NCBI GenBank assembly: GCA_032718475.1
Contig: JAUCBJ010001067.1
Coordinates: 1 to 42,906 of the forward strand
Direction: 5' to 3'
Length of the DNA: 42,906 nucleotides
Origin: Nemertoderma westbladi
Taxonomy: Eukaryota; Animalia; Xenacoelomorpha
Part shown: positions 1 to 11,133 of the stretch, in pieces
Layout of the letters: the number at the start of each line of letters is the position of its first letter
Position numbering within the stretch: position 1 is the stretch's first letter
Notes under the pieces: model-generated
Told to the model about the DNA's origin: nothing
The model's input: the letters and a program-made list of their open reading frames with translations, nothing else
The model's database searches: none
Position numbers and translations under genes: made by a program

Positions 1-325
1 CAATTAATTTCCTTTAAAAGGCAGGTTGAAAATGGTGTTTTTACCGTAATCAACTTAATTAACTAATTAACTGCTATTATCTTAGCTTCTCGAAGGCCAC
101 ACGGAAATTCTACTTGGAAAATTTCTAAACTTTTGCCAAACAACATGTGTACCAAGTTTGGATAGATTTCATCAAAGATTGGCCGAGTTATTAACGTTTA
201 AAATTGAACACGACAGAACGACAGAACGACAGAACGACAGAACGACAGAACGACAGAACGACAGAACGACAGGTTGATTAATGGTACCACTACGCTAAGG
301 CTCACTCACTTCGTGGCTCGCCCCA
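1..325. mobile_element. Non-autonomous Helentron/HINE-like repeat fragment (runs off the window start) with an internal 8-bp microsatellite
   Basis: The motif 'tgtaccaagtttgg...atttcatcaaagattgg' is followed by (ACAGAACG)n and a short terminal hairpin with a CTTCG loop (~305-315). The layout matches the element at 20516-20852. Confidence 0.45.
210..272. repeat. (ACGACAGA)n 8-bp microsatellite, ~8 copies
   Basis: Directly visible perfect tandem repeat. Confidence 0.95.
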
Positions 326-664
326 CATAAATACAATCCATGGCATGGCTGTTGTAGGCTTCTGAAATAGTTTATTCCACAATGTATATGTCTGGTTATT
401 TTTTAATTGAATTTTTGCAAAGTAGTAAAATTAATGTTCTTAAAAATAATATTATTATTTTATATGTAACCTAGGAAATTAGCTACATTTTTTCGCTGCA
501 GCTTTAAGAGTGTACATTGATTTAATATTATTTCAATACCCATATTACTACATCGGCATAAGATGCGTTGGCGTTGTATCACACATCTCCACATATCACA
601 CATCTCCACATAGATGTATCAACAGTTACTCGCACAGTTTCGAAACTTCGCATAGTTATAACTG

Positions 665-955
665 TATAAAGATCGTCAGTCTGCGTTTAGGAAAAATATT
701 TTATGGCAAAACAGGACAAGCGACGAGCGCAACGAGGCATATAATGAAGACGAGTACTGCGTTGACTAAATTATTATATAAACCACCTGGCTTCACATAT
801 TGATCGCATCCCTAGTTATTATTATTATAAAGATCGTCCTAGCTTGCGTTTAAGAAATATATTTAAATACAAAACAGGACGAACGCAAAGAGGCTTATAA
901 TGAAAACGAGTACTGCGTTTATTATATTCCTATAAACCACCTGGCTTTGCATATT
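665..955. repeat. Diverged tandem duplication (~665-801 and ~826-955)
   Basis: Shared blocks tataaagatcgtc, aaaacaggac, tataatgaa.acgagtactgcgtt and tataaaccacctggctt occur in the same order. Confidence 0.85.
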
Positions 956-1087
956 TAACGTGCGATTGGAAATAAGTTCGTGCTACCCTTCCGTGGGTGG
1001 TAGATGTCGCGGTTATGTATTGGTGGTTGGGAAGGGTGGGGGGGGGGGGGGGGGGGGGAGATTAAAAGGGGTGAACACGTACTGTCC

Positions 1088-1212
1088 ACCTTTCTTTGAT
1101 TGATTGGTGGTGTGGGTAAATTTCTCAAAACCTGATTTTGTGATACAGTCGCTGCATTTTAATTTGTATATAATAACTAGGCCTCGTGCTGCGCGAAGTC
1201 CCCACGAACGTG
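1088..1212. repeat. Dispersed repeat, second copy at ~2778-2898
   Basis: 'ttctttgatt...aaatttctcaaa...gattttgtgata...ttttaatttgtat...ctgcgcgaag..cccacgaacgtg' occurs at both places. Confidence 0.8.
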
Positions 1213-2002
1213 TTGTACGTACACTACCGGTACATATAGTGGACGACACGACATATAGAATTTACTTTACATTCTACAGCAATATACTATATATATACAA
1301 TTTGACAAAAATATATATCGATATTCGCACAGTAATGTACAGTATACAACAACAATTAGACAATTGGATATATCAAATATACAGTATTTTACATTATACA
1401 GTAATACTGTATAAGTAATAATATACTGTACGACAAAATTGGGGTTAAACAGGGTTTAAATTTTAGTTGAAAAAAATACGAAATATAAAAGAAGTAAAAA
1501 TTATATTCCAAGACTAATTCAAAAACAAAAAAAGGGGGGGGGGCTGAATTGGGAATTGAGTTGGCAATAAGGAAGCAGTAATATAAGGTTGGCAGGAAGC
1601 CAACATTCATTCAGTAGACTACCGGAGTTCCTATTGATTGAGTCATCATTGGGAGAGCATATAATAGTTTCCCTGCGACCATAAGTCCGGAAAAAGGCTG
1701 ACTCCAAAAGTAGCCTCAACCTCAGGTTAGACTGAAAAGCTAATATTTCCACGTCGTTGAAACTGGGTATACAGTTGCCATGACTACCAAATGCCGAATT
1801 TCGAGAACTATGTGCCCACCCAACTAAAATTTAAATTTGATATATCCAATTGTCTAATTTTTGTTGTATACTGTACATTACTGTGCGAATATCGATATAT
1901 ATTTTTGTCAAATTGTATATATATAGTATATTGCTGTAGAATGTAAAGTAAATTCGATATGTCGTGTCGTCCACTATATGTACCGGTAGTGTACGTACAA
2001 CA
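1211..2002 (-). mobile_element. 5'-truncated Penelope-like retroelement: GIY-YIG endonuclease C-terminal remnant between inverted pLTR copies
   Basis: The minus frame at ~1830-1580 reads HSSRNSAFGSH...FNDVEILAFQSNLRLRLLLESAF...INRNSGSLLNECWLP, matching the Penelope endonuclease C-terminal pattern SAxxxH...IL...R...E...NRxxG...W. Near-perfect inverted repeat 1211-1378 / 1835-2002. Confidence 0.7.
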
Positions 2003-3384
2003 TTAATCAGTACTGCATTGATAAAAATAAACATTGTTTATTAAAACGTCTGCAATACACTATAACACCTTTTGTGGCTGAAAGTCCTTACACCATTGTT
2101 TTTTTCAATTCAAACATTCCCGCTATTTTAGAAAATACCATTTGTCTTTGTTTAACAATATCTTTTTCAAAAATATATGAACTTGAACGTTAATCATTGC
2201 TAAAAATATAATAATAATTTAGTAGTATTGTTTTATAAATTTTATTCAGATCCGAACATTTAGAGCCTTATTCAATTTTAAATTATCGTGCTGCTCGAAT
2301 GCTTGTCAAAAGACAGGCTAGCTCTTATGTTACTACGACTTGGTACTTTATGGTACTCGAGTTTAAGAATAGATATGAGAAATCTGCTTGCAGATTTGAA
2401 ATCGCCAATGTTTAATTCGGCACATGATATGATTAAAGGGTGCTACACCTAAGAAAAAATTTTCTCGCTACTCAAAGAGAAATAGGGCAATCTTTTTCAA
2501 ATTATTTCGATCATCCGTTATAAATTCGGAACATTAAGGGGGTACATTAGTTGAACATTAACATTAATTTATAGCGGTTCCGAATTAATATTTCAGTATC
2601 AATACTATCGGCATTAGGTTCTTACAAATTGGGTCGCCTCCACTCCTAAAATATATTTTATATATTATTTTTAAAACACAAATGTTATGTTAATACTGGC
2701 ATTCATAAATCCCCAGTGTGCCTTTGGGTTGGGGTGGTGCAGATTAAGAGGGTTGTTGAAGGGGAGGCACATTTCCCTCTTCTTTGATTTATTGATGGTT
2801 TGGTTAAATTTCTCAAATACCGATTTTGTGATAGAATTGCTAATTTTAATTTGTATCTCATAACTGATCCTCGCACTGCGCGAAGGCCCACGAACGTGTA
2901 ATTATTCGCCTAGGCGGGAATTTGCGTCAATCCCCCATCCCCGCTTCCCCCCTTACTCATTGAATCTTGTACCACATTTTTAATAATTTAAACGAGTACA
3001 GTATTGATGAAAAAATTGGATTTGGGGTAATTTCTACCTGTGTGACAATTAGCCACTTTCAGCCACAGCAGGCGTAGCTTAAAAATAAAAAATCAGCAAT
3101 AACATCATATTTTTTAAATTTGTCTTTATATGCAATTTATTTGCGTTTTAAAAAACAAACCCCCCGGAACTCAATTCAGGGCATCTTTACCCCATTACAA
3201 AATAATGCTATTGCGTATAATGGCCAATTGAAGTTATCGATTAACACCTGTGTTGTATGTGTCTATAATATGCATTCATGAATAAAATATATTTAGTGGT
3301 GATGACAAATTATATTACATTTGTGATTTATTAATAATAAAAGAGTTTATGTGACAGTAAGTAGATAGTTCGTTGTTTTTTAGT

Positions 3385-4053
3385 TTAATAATGAATGCTG
3401 ACAACTCCAATGTAGGTGATAATGATTGCCAGCAGACCCCCTCTCGGTTTCTGTACTGCATTATTGGCAGTAACGGTTGTCGTCTCCAAGGACCCTGCGG
3501 TTGTTGGTGCTACTGCTGCTCCTGTACTACTCTCGAGAACTTGCGTTTCCAATAATCCTTCCCAGTCGACTTCTCCATCACTCTTCTTGTAGTCGTTGAT
3601 CCAGACAGCTGGTGGAACTCCATCGCAATCGACTGGAGATTCACAGCACCGGCTAAGGCAAGTCGCTTTCAGAACATGCAAAGCGACAGTGGCATCCTCC
3701 CGTACCTTGGTCATGTTTATGTTTGCGGTGCATTCGGCTTCATTCATGTTGGCACAATAATCGTCGCATCCTTGTAATCTGGAGTAGACTAGTACATAAG
3801 TCGAAGGATCAGACACCAATGAAGCAAACAACTGTGTATCCCAAATAGGGCAGGCAATACAACCTGTAACATTGTTTCCTTGATTCACTTCAACCGGTCC
3901 CCTGTTCAGGGTGGGGTCGTCCTTTCGAGTGCTTGTTATTGTGAGGACAGCGTGTCCTTCCATGCAGTTGAGTCCGAAAACAGTTTCGGGGACTCCTATT
4001 ATTGATAGAGCGATCACTGCAGGTAATATTTTTAAGCCAATGTCAACCATCAT
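3385..4053 (-). CDS. Secreted or GPI-anchored cysteine-rich protein, Ly6/uPAR (three-finger)-like, 222 aa
   Basis: N-terminal signal peptide followed by LNC. Ten Cys ending in CLSRCCESPVDC, then a Ser/Thr-rich stalk and hydrophobic C-terminus (GGLLAIIITYIGVVSIHY). A likely splice acceptor (ttttcaattttgtag, minus strand, ~4095) lies just upstream in the 5' UTR. Confidence 0.75.
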   Translation of the reverse strand: MMVDIGLKILPAVIALSIIGVPETVFGLNCMEGHAVLTITSTRKDDPTLNRGPVEVNQGNNVTGCIACPIWDTQLFASLVSDPSTYVLVYSRLQGCDDYCANMNEAECTANINMTKVREDATVALHVLKATCLSRCCESPVDCDGVPPAVWINDYKKSDGEVDWEGLLETQVLESSTGAAVAPTTAGSLETTTVTANNAVQKPRGGLLAIIITYIGVVSIHY

Positions 4054-4849
4054 GGTTGTTGATTTGCGTTATTTAATTTGAGTTACTTCAGCGGCTACAA
4101 AATTGAAAATAGGTTATTAAATAAGTTATTTACGTTTAAATATATTGTTTGGATAAAACAGCTTATAATGTTGGTGTATTATTATTTATTATCATAATGT
4201 TATATTTTATTCCATAAATTGCTATTTTACACGGTTTATAACCAGTATTTTAGAAATAATTTAGGACATTAATTATCCGGTATTTACCAGTAGGCCTACC
4301 CTACTCATATTCTCAGGATAACAATGGAATTGAGCTAATTAGTTGTGTTGCTAAAAAATGGCAGATCGGACAAACAATTAAATTGTTAATGAATTATGTT
4401 GTTATATTTTCTTGTAAATTATTAGTCTAAGTATTCATTGGCGCTCGGATGAATACTCAACTCAGTGATGCTTCTAATACAAACCAACTACAGTAACTCA
4501 TATGTGCAATAGATACAGTACGTTCCTGTGCATGAGTGGATGGGCATAATGTCGGACGAGTTGATTAAAACATGTTTGTTCTTTGCTGAATTCAACATCA
4601 ATTCTATATACATTCGGCTTCCAATGCTGATGCTGTCAGACTGTAATTAGTGAGTGACTGACATATGACGACATGAGTGATTGACACGTAGGTTATAGGA
4701 GTGCCAAAGTGGATTTCAAGAACAATATTCTGAACTAAACCAAAATGGATTTCGACCTAACAGATCAAATAGGTCAGATACAGAATACTACCATCGCTGT
4801 GGATATTATTTGGTTGAAGGAATTAAATCAGATCATTCTAGAAAGCATG

Positions 4850-5553
4850 CGACTCCATTCATAAAGTTAAAATGGTGCATATAATAAGATATTCTATTGG
4901 ATTTCCAGAAATAATCGAGGTTGGCATTGGATTGTTAAATTGTGACTCAGAAGCTCAAGGTACTCTCAGAAGTTGGTGAAACTGAGTTCTTCCCAATCCT
5001 GTCAGATGTACTGCAAGGCGACACATAAGCGCCATAGCTATTCATATTGTATTGACTATACAAAGAGGACTGCAACAACTTCTATGCACAACTTCTAAGG
5101 AACAAAGTGAAAAGGCCTGCTAAGGAAATTGAATTGCATATATATGCCACCAAGACAGAATTCAAGGCTTTTATTGAAACTTGACCATAATAATCAACTA
5201 AGGAAGGCTGACGACTTCCAGTACCATGGGAAATGGATAGAGAACAGCAGAAAATACATATAGTTAAGAAATCAAAAAGGCATGGGTATCTCTATCAAAA
5301 ATTGATACCATCTGGAAAGCTGACCCTGTCCAGACACCTGAATTACTTACTATACGTGAAATATCACACACCGATTCAGTAGGCACTGCACTGTTGCGGT
5401 AGAAGTAAAGTCGAGGTCATACCATATTTACTTTTCTGAGAGCCCGCACAAGGTATACGCGTTCCCGTTGACGACCGGCAATTACAGTACATTATGTAGA
5501 CCAACTTGAAAGGGAGACAAAATTGTGACATCCATGGAGAATAGGGAAGCCTG
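4850..5553 (+). pseudogene. Decayed RTE-clade LINE reverse transcriptase / ORF 3' part; its last codons continue at 18196-18229 after the LTR insertion
   Basis: From 4981 the frame reads TEFFPILSDVLQGDT*AP*LFI (RT motif GVLQGDxLAPxLF). Later remnants are KTEF, DDFQY, and TSMENREA|WKDLVSTHRSP* split at the TSD. Confidence 0.7.
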
Positions 5554-6800
5554 TGTAAAAGCTTCTGTGGGATATAACTGGCCCCTTTGCTTCGCAATCC
5601 AGTTTCCCCCCAGGCGCTGGAATACTCTAAAAGGTTCTCTAACTGTACATATATTCCCCTCGCCCGCAAGGTACCGTTACAGGTGTTTTAACGGACATAA
5701 AAGTCATTCGTCTATATACCTGCTTTGGCGGACATGGTAAGGCAAAAAACCCGTAATGCACCAAATACCTTTACACGACTTGGCCTTGATGATTCAGATT
5801 GCGACATCTAGCAGCTGGTTGCTGGCATGGAAACAGCCATTGGACGCACGGTTCTTTGTTTGGTTTGAGCCAATCAGAGCGATTTTTTCTGTCGACGTGT
5901 AGATATTCGGCCGATGATAATAGGAGTGTTCAGTCTTACTGTTTTTTGGTGATACTGTTGTGTTGTTGCTTTCTAGGCCAGGAACACCGGCTCTAGAGTC
6001 AATTCGTTTTCATACCTTAGAAGAAACATTAGTAGGCTTAAATTATAGAGCGTATAACTGTTATCTTGTCATAACATATCATTCATATCATATCTTAACC
6101 TACCGTCTTAATGCTTTTACTGTTGTCATATTTTGTATTAGTTGGTCGAATATTATTTGGAGAACATATATAAAGAACCCAAATTTCCCAATTTTCTTGA
6201 TACACTACAGGTTAGAGAGACGGGTTATATATAGCGATTGCGACTTATATTGTTGTGGTTTGTAGTGAATTTAATGCTATTTGGTAAGCACTACATGATT
6301 CGTTGCTGTTCTCTTTATATATGATAAAATTCATTGACGGTCGGCAAATTAGTGAGCAGTATTGTGTGTTACCGGTAGTGTGCATGATTGTGACTGATAA
6401 CTAAGCATTTCCTAAAGAATGCGCCTCATACGTGAATCATAAGCCTTACCGACTTGCCGTTGTGATTAGTATAACTCATATCTCTGTTTACCTAGATAGA
6501 GCGCCACGTCCTAAAGGAACTGTTAATATTTCCCGAAAGTGAATAATATTAGTCAGAAATTATTTATTAACGGTCAATCGAATAATACAGTAAGCTTACA
6601 CTGCAATAATAATCTAAGCCCTCAGAATCCAGCCCCCCGGGTATATCCAGCGGGTGAATGGACGCGCACTAGGCTGGCTTCTGCTAATGTTGTGTTTATT
6701 GGTATTAAATATTTGTCAACTTCTAAAGTCTATTTGTAAACCAAAAAGACATATAAATTTTGGCAGGTTAAACTGCTAAAGGTCTTCAAAAGCGCGTACA
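5554..6800 (+). repeat. 5' LTR (1247 bp)
   Basis: Begins tgtaaaagc and ends gcgcgtaca; near-identical to 16929-18190. Confidence 0.97.
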
Positions 6801-6867
6801 ATAACAGTTATTGACTTTATTGCAGTAAGCAATAAAGTTGAAAGTACCGGTCGACCGGTAAAACCTG

Positions 6868-6993
6868 AACCGGTACTTCTGTAGGTCAGTAGGCCCAACT
6901 GCCAGAACCGGTACTGCTGTAGGTCCGTAGGTCCAACTACCAGAACCGGTACTTCTGTAGGTCCGTAGGCCCAACTGTCCTAACCGGTACTTC
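6868..6993. repeat. ~38-bp tandem repeat x3.3 in the retrotransposon 5' leader
   Basis: Unit gaaccggtacttctgtaggtccgtaggcccaactgcca. Confidence 0.9.
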
Positions 6994-7169
6994 CAGTATA
7001 AGTACATTAGTATTATTCGATTTTGATTATTGCATACCGGTAGGCTGTTTAAGAGATTAGGGACTGTACACCCCTTGTTTCTTTTGGAGCTTACTTATTT
7101 CTGTCAGTTTTATTTACATGTAAGTTAATATTGAGCTGAAGACGTGTAAGTCTGCTCAGATTGTTCAGA

Positions 7170-7740
7170 TAATTGTAGGCCGGACTGTTGTCGGATTGTT
7201 GTTGGGTTTGGAGAGATTACTGCGTGTGTAGAGTTTGTCCGATAGAGTGCCAGTTAGTAAGTTGGGGCAGCCATAGCTGTAAGGTCAATCCCCTCTTAAA
7301 GAATAAGTCGTACTACCGTGTTAGAACGCATACTAACTAACCATTTTGGAATCTGCACATACTGTAGTTTATTTAGGCTTGACAGTATTCTGCCAACGTT
7401 TTGGCCTGTGTTTGTTTGTGTGGTCTGTTCAGGTACCGTAATAGTTATTACTCACATATTTGTAGGCTGGATTGTTGTCTAGCTATTATTAGGTCTGAAG
7501 AGATTGCTGCGTGTGTAGAGTTTGTCCGATAGAGTGCCAGTTAGTAAGTTGGGGCAGCCATAGCTGTAAGGTCAATCCCCTCTTAAAGAATAAGTCGTAC
7601 TACCGTGTTAGAACGCATACTAACTAACCATTTTGGAATCTACACATACGGTAGTTTATTTAGGCTTGGTGGTAGTCTGCCAGCGTTTGGTTTGTATTTT
7701 GTTTGAGTATTCTGTACGGGTAGCGTAAAATTTATTATTC
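7170..7740. repeat. ~288-bp tandem duplication in the 5' leader
   Basis: Core 7213-7381 is repeated almost exactly at 7502-7668. Confidence 0.9.
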
Positions 7741-9030
7741 AGAGTTTATGCGATTATTCGCAACATTCATGTCCCCAAGTTTATTCCTACAGTAATTGTG
7801 TTTGTTACACATACCGTTATAGTTAAATTAACCCCGGTACTACACGGGCTGCTTGGCGTAGGAAAAGACTGGTGACTTTGTGCTCTGGTCACTCCAGCAG
7901 ATGCCGTGGTTCTTTTAACTGTTCAAGTATATTTAACTACTAATTATTGTTGTACCAGTATTTGTACCTAATTTAGGGTTTAGTGTACAGTGCTTTCCGA
8001 GGTAATTAGTGTGTAGGCAGTATATTTGTGTTGTAAAGTGGTTAATAGGCACGCTGGATCTGGTAGTCCGCTGTAATTAACTTCTAGGTAGGAACACTCC
8101 GTGATACATAACGTAGTACCTATAGCGATACGGTTATAGGTCGTCAGGCGGTGGTATTTTCCTATCTGGACAGTGCAATATATTTACTACTACTTATTAT
8201 TTCAAATACCGTAGTACCCTGTCCGTTGTAATAAACCGAATTCTAACCCTTTGTTAGACTGGTTTGTAGACTTCCTGTAAAATTACCCTAAAATTTCGTA
8301 CGTAATATTTTTGTTGTGTTTAATTAGAGAATTAATCTCACCCGTATCGTAAGTAATTTGTAGTATTAAGTAACTTAGGTAAATTAGAATTATCAGTTTT
8401 AGTGTCCCATAAGTAGCACTCCACTGAGAGCGCATAGCTTCTGTGTAGTGACCCCAGAAATAATAACATTTATTTCAAATATTGACAAAACCCATTTTAA
8501 ACGGGTATATATCTATTATAAATCAACTTAAACGATTTATAAATAGTAGGCCTGCCATACAACAACTAGGTCTCAATATCAGTTGGACTACTGCTTAAAT
8601 AATGGTAATAAAGTAAGTTAAAGTAACCAAGTAACCCTAAAAATATTCAGAAATTCAATTATTCTAAAATAATTGACATACCGGTATTTACCATAGGCTT
8701 ATTATATTTATTTCTACAAATTTGAGCTGAAATCATACCGGTATTCTGTAATTAATTCTAGTTCATAATTATACTTATATATACTATAAGTGTAAGCTGT
8801 ATACCGGTATTCACGATAGGCCTATTATATATTTATATATATTTGTGCTAAATTTATATACCGGTACTCTGTGACAAACCTAGTTTACAATACTTATATA
8901 TACTATAAGTGTATACCGGTATTCTAATATACTGCAATAAATTACCGGTACTAGGCCAACGGTCATACTGAATTATTAGACTTGCTTTAACTGTAACTAT
9001 AGCAGTAAGCATTCAACTGTATAGCTAAAC

Positions 9031-11133
9031 ATGTCTGACACCCAGCAAAACCTGTCAGACAGTCTAATCGATACAACCATCTGTGACACAGATAGGAGTG
9101 TGGAGCGATTAAGAAAGGAGTTCAGCTCACCTCCTACTGAAAGAAAGGTCATCCCTCCAGTAGAAGTATCAGACCCTAAGCTAATCCAACACCGTAGGTC
9201 TATCATCGGCACTCGGGCCCAAGTCAAACGGAACCAGGAAGCAGCTGTCCCACAGCAGCAACAGCCTAGTCAAGAAACTTGTTCCCAGCAATCCGATAGC
9301 TCCAGTAATTCGGATACTGTCGAGCTGACCCCCGAACGCGGATTGCAGATGGCGGCTAAAGCCTACTCGGACCCCCTTCTGACCCTTCCTGCCGCAGTGC
9401 TAACTACTATATTGATTGCGGTGGAGGAACATCAAGCCGATTGGGCGAGAAATAAGCGAGCGACCCAAGACAATTATGCGGGATACGCCAGGGAAGAATT
9501 GATGTCTATTGTCGAGTCACAATGGAACTTTCCCGGACCCGGACTTCCATTAGATCTGTCCGAGGCTACTTGGGAAGATATACACAGGATGGGAGTGACT
9601 AAAGATACAATGGATCCAGCTGTTTGGAAGAGGTCGGCAGCAGGATATGTGCAGGGATTCTTCGGCTCCTTGGAGCGATTGGAAGAACAACTGTTTCGAC
9701 AACCCCTAGGACCTCAAGATCAGGAAAAGCTGCTATATCAAGTACACGAAAGAACACTGCGCATTAGACTAATCCTATCAGCCTTTGAGGAAACTTCCAA
9801 AAGAAGACAGGACACGTCGCTGCAGGTTGCTGTCAAAACTTGGTTCCAGCGGGTAGGTCTCAAAGTACAAGAAACGGACCAGTGGAAATCCCAGCTGTCT
9901 GAGAGACTAACCTATGAAGAACCAACCGATGCCACCCTTTCTCAAGTGGAAGGCGAAGAGACCGCAGAGAGACCACGAACGAGAGACGCCATCGACATAT
10001 ATCTGTCCGACTATCAGCGATTCCTAGGAGACGAAGAGTTGAGGAGACGGCTGTCTGGACTTTCCCCTAATAGTGAAGGAACCCAACTTGTGTTGGACGC
10101 AATCGACACTGAGATGATAGCTGCGGACCAAGCTAAATTTGATGAACGTCTCCGCATAGCTAGAGCTCAAGAAGAACAAGTAAAGAAAAGGCGGATTGAA
10201 GACAAAAAGGCAGCAGCAATAGCAGCGGCAATGGCAACAGCAGAAGCAGACAGAAAGGCGGAAAGAAAGGCGGCAGAAGCAGCGGCCGAAGCGGAAATAA
10301 AAGCGGCAGAGGCAAAAGCAGAAGCAGACAGAAAGGCGGCAGAAGCAGCGGCCGAAGCGGAAATAAAGGCGGCGGAGGCAAAAGCAGAAGCAGACAGAAA
10401 GGCGGCGGAGGCAAAAGCAGAAGCAGACAGAAAGGCGGAAAGAAAGGCGGCGGAAGCAGTGGCAGAAGCAGAACGGAGAGCGTCTGAGGAGACCGCCCAG
10501 CTGGAGTTAGAAGATCTGCAGCAGACGCAAGACAGCATCGGTAGGCAGTTAACAGACAGTCGAATGCAGATGATGAGTCGATCTACTTCCAAATGCCAAG
10601 GCTATACAACATCATCGGAGGAAGGGGATACCACCGATCCTGAAGGTGGAGGAAATCAATCTCGTCTCAGTAGACGTAGAAGAACATCTCACCATCATAA
10701 ATTGCCTGATTTGCCCCCAGCCGTTAGAAGACAATTAGCTAGCACAACAGTAGGTAGTACAGAATCCACAGACCGAATTATTACCGTCAACAGACTCCCT
10801 ACTATAACAGATGAGCCTGAAATAATTAGGCCTTTTCTCGAAGCCACCCCTTTGGTGCTAGAGACACCTGTACTCCCTGAAACAAACTCTAAATTCCATT
10901 TACACAGTACTACACTGCATGCACCCGGTAGAACAGTCCATGAAAATATCCCTGTCCTGGAAGCTGAGAGAGAAATCAAAGATTTGTCTCCTGTCGTCCC
11001 GCGTCAGCCCGCTACAATGTTGGCGACTCCCGCTTCGGCGGTCGAGTGGGTAGAGGAGGGACGGCGGGGGATGAATCTCCTGCTCGGACAGATGCAGGAG
11101 ACTGTCCACCAACTTAAGGGAACAGTAAGGTAA
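9031..11133 (+). CDS. ORF1: long N-terminal Gag extension with an Ala/Glu/Lys coiled-coil repeat (700 aa)
   Basis: Intact ORF inside the LTR element with KAAEAKAEADR repeats at ~10200-10490. It is in frame with the gag-protease ORF across a single TAA. Confidence 0.8.
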   Translation: MSDTQQNLSDSLIDTTICDTDRSVERLRKEFSSPPTERKVIPPVEVSDPKLIQHRRSIIGTRAQVKRNQEAAVPQQQQPSQETCSQQSDSSSNSDTVELTPERGLQMAAKAYSDPLLTLPAAVLTTILIAVEEHQADWARNKRATQDNYAGYAREELMSIVESQWNFPGPGLPLDLSEATWEDIHRMGVTKDTMDPAVWKRSAAGYVQGFFGSLERLEEQLFRQPLGPQDQEKLLYQVHERTLRIRLILSAFEETSKRRQDTSLQVAVKTWFQRVGLKVQETDQWKSQLSERLTYEEPTDATLSQVEGEETAERPRTRDAIDIYLSDYQRFLGDEELRRRLSGLSPNSEGTQLVLDAIDTEMIAADQAKFDERLRIARAQEEQVKKRRIEDKKAAAIAAAMATAEADRKAERKAAEAAAEAEIKAAEAKAEADRKAAEAAAEAEIKAAEAKAEADRKAAEAKAEADRKAERKAAEAVAEAERRASEETAQLELEDLQQTQDSIGRQLTDSRMQMMSRSTSKCQGYTTSSEEGDTTDPEGGGNQSRLSRRRRTSHHHKLPDLPPAVRRQLASTTVGSTESTDRIITVNRLPTITDEPEIIRPFLEATPLVLETPVLPETNSKFHLHSTTLHAPGRTVHENIPVLEAEREIKDLSPVVPRQPATMLATPASAVEWVEEGRRGMNLLLGQMQETVHQLKGTVR

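Noticed and set aside
1104-2034. Two ORFs sharing an identical peptide on opposite strands
   Set aside because: Caused by the inverted repeat. AT-rich, non-coding composition.
5376-7007. Short ORFs in and around the LTR (duplicated at 16847-18439)
   Set aside because: No recognisable motifs. They recur only because the LTR is duplicated.
10160-10592. Antisense Ala/Ser- and Leu/Pro-rich ORFs
   Set aside because: Shadows of the low-complexity coiled-coil repeat in ORF1.
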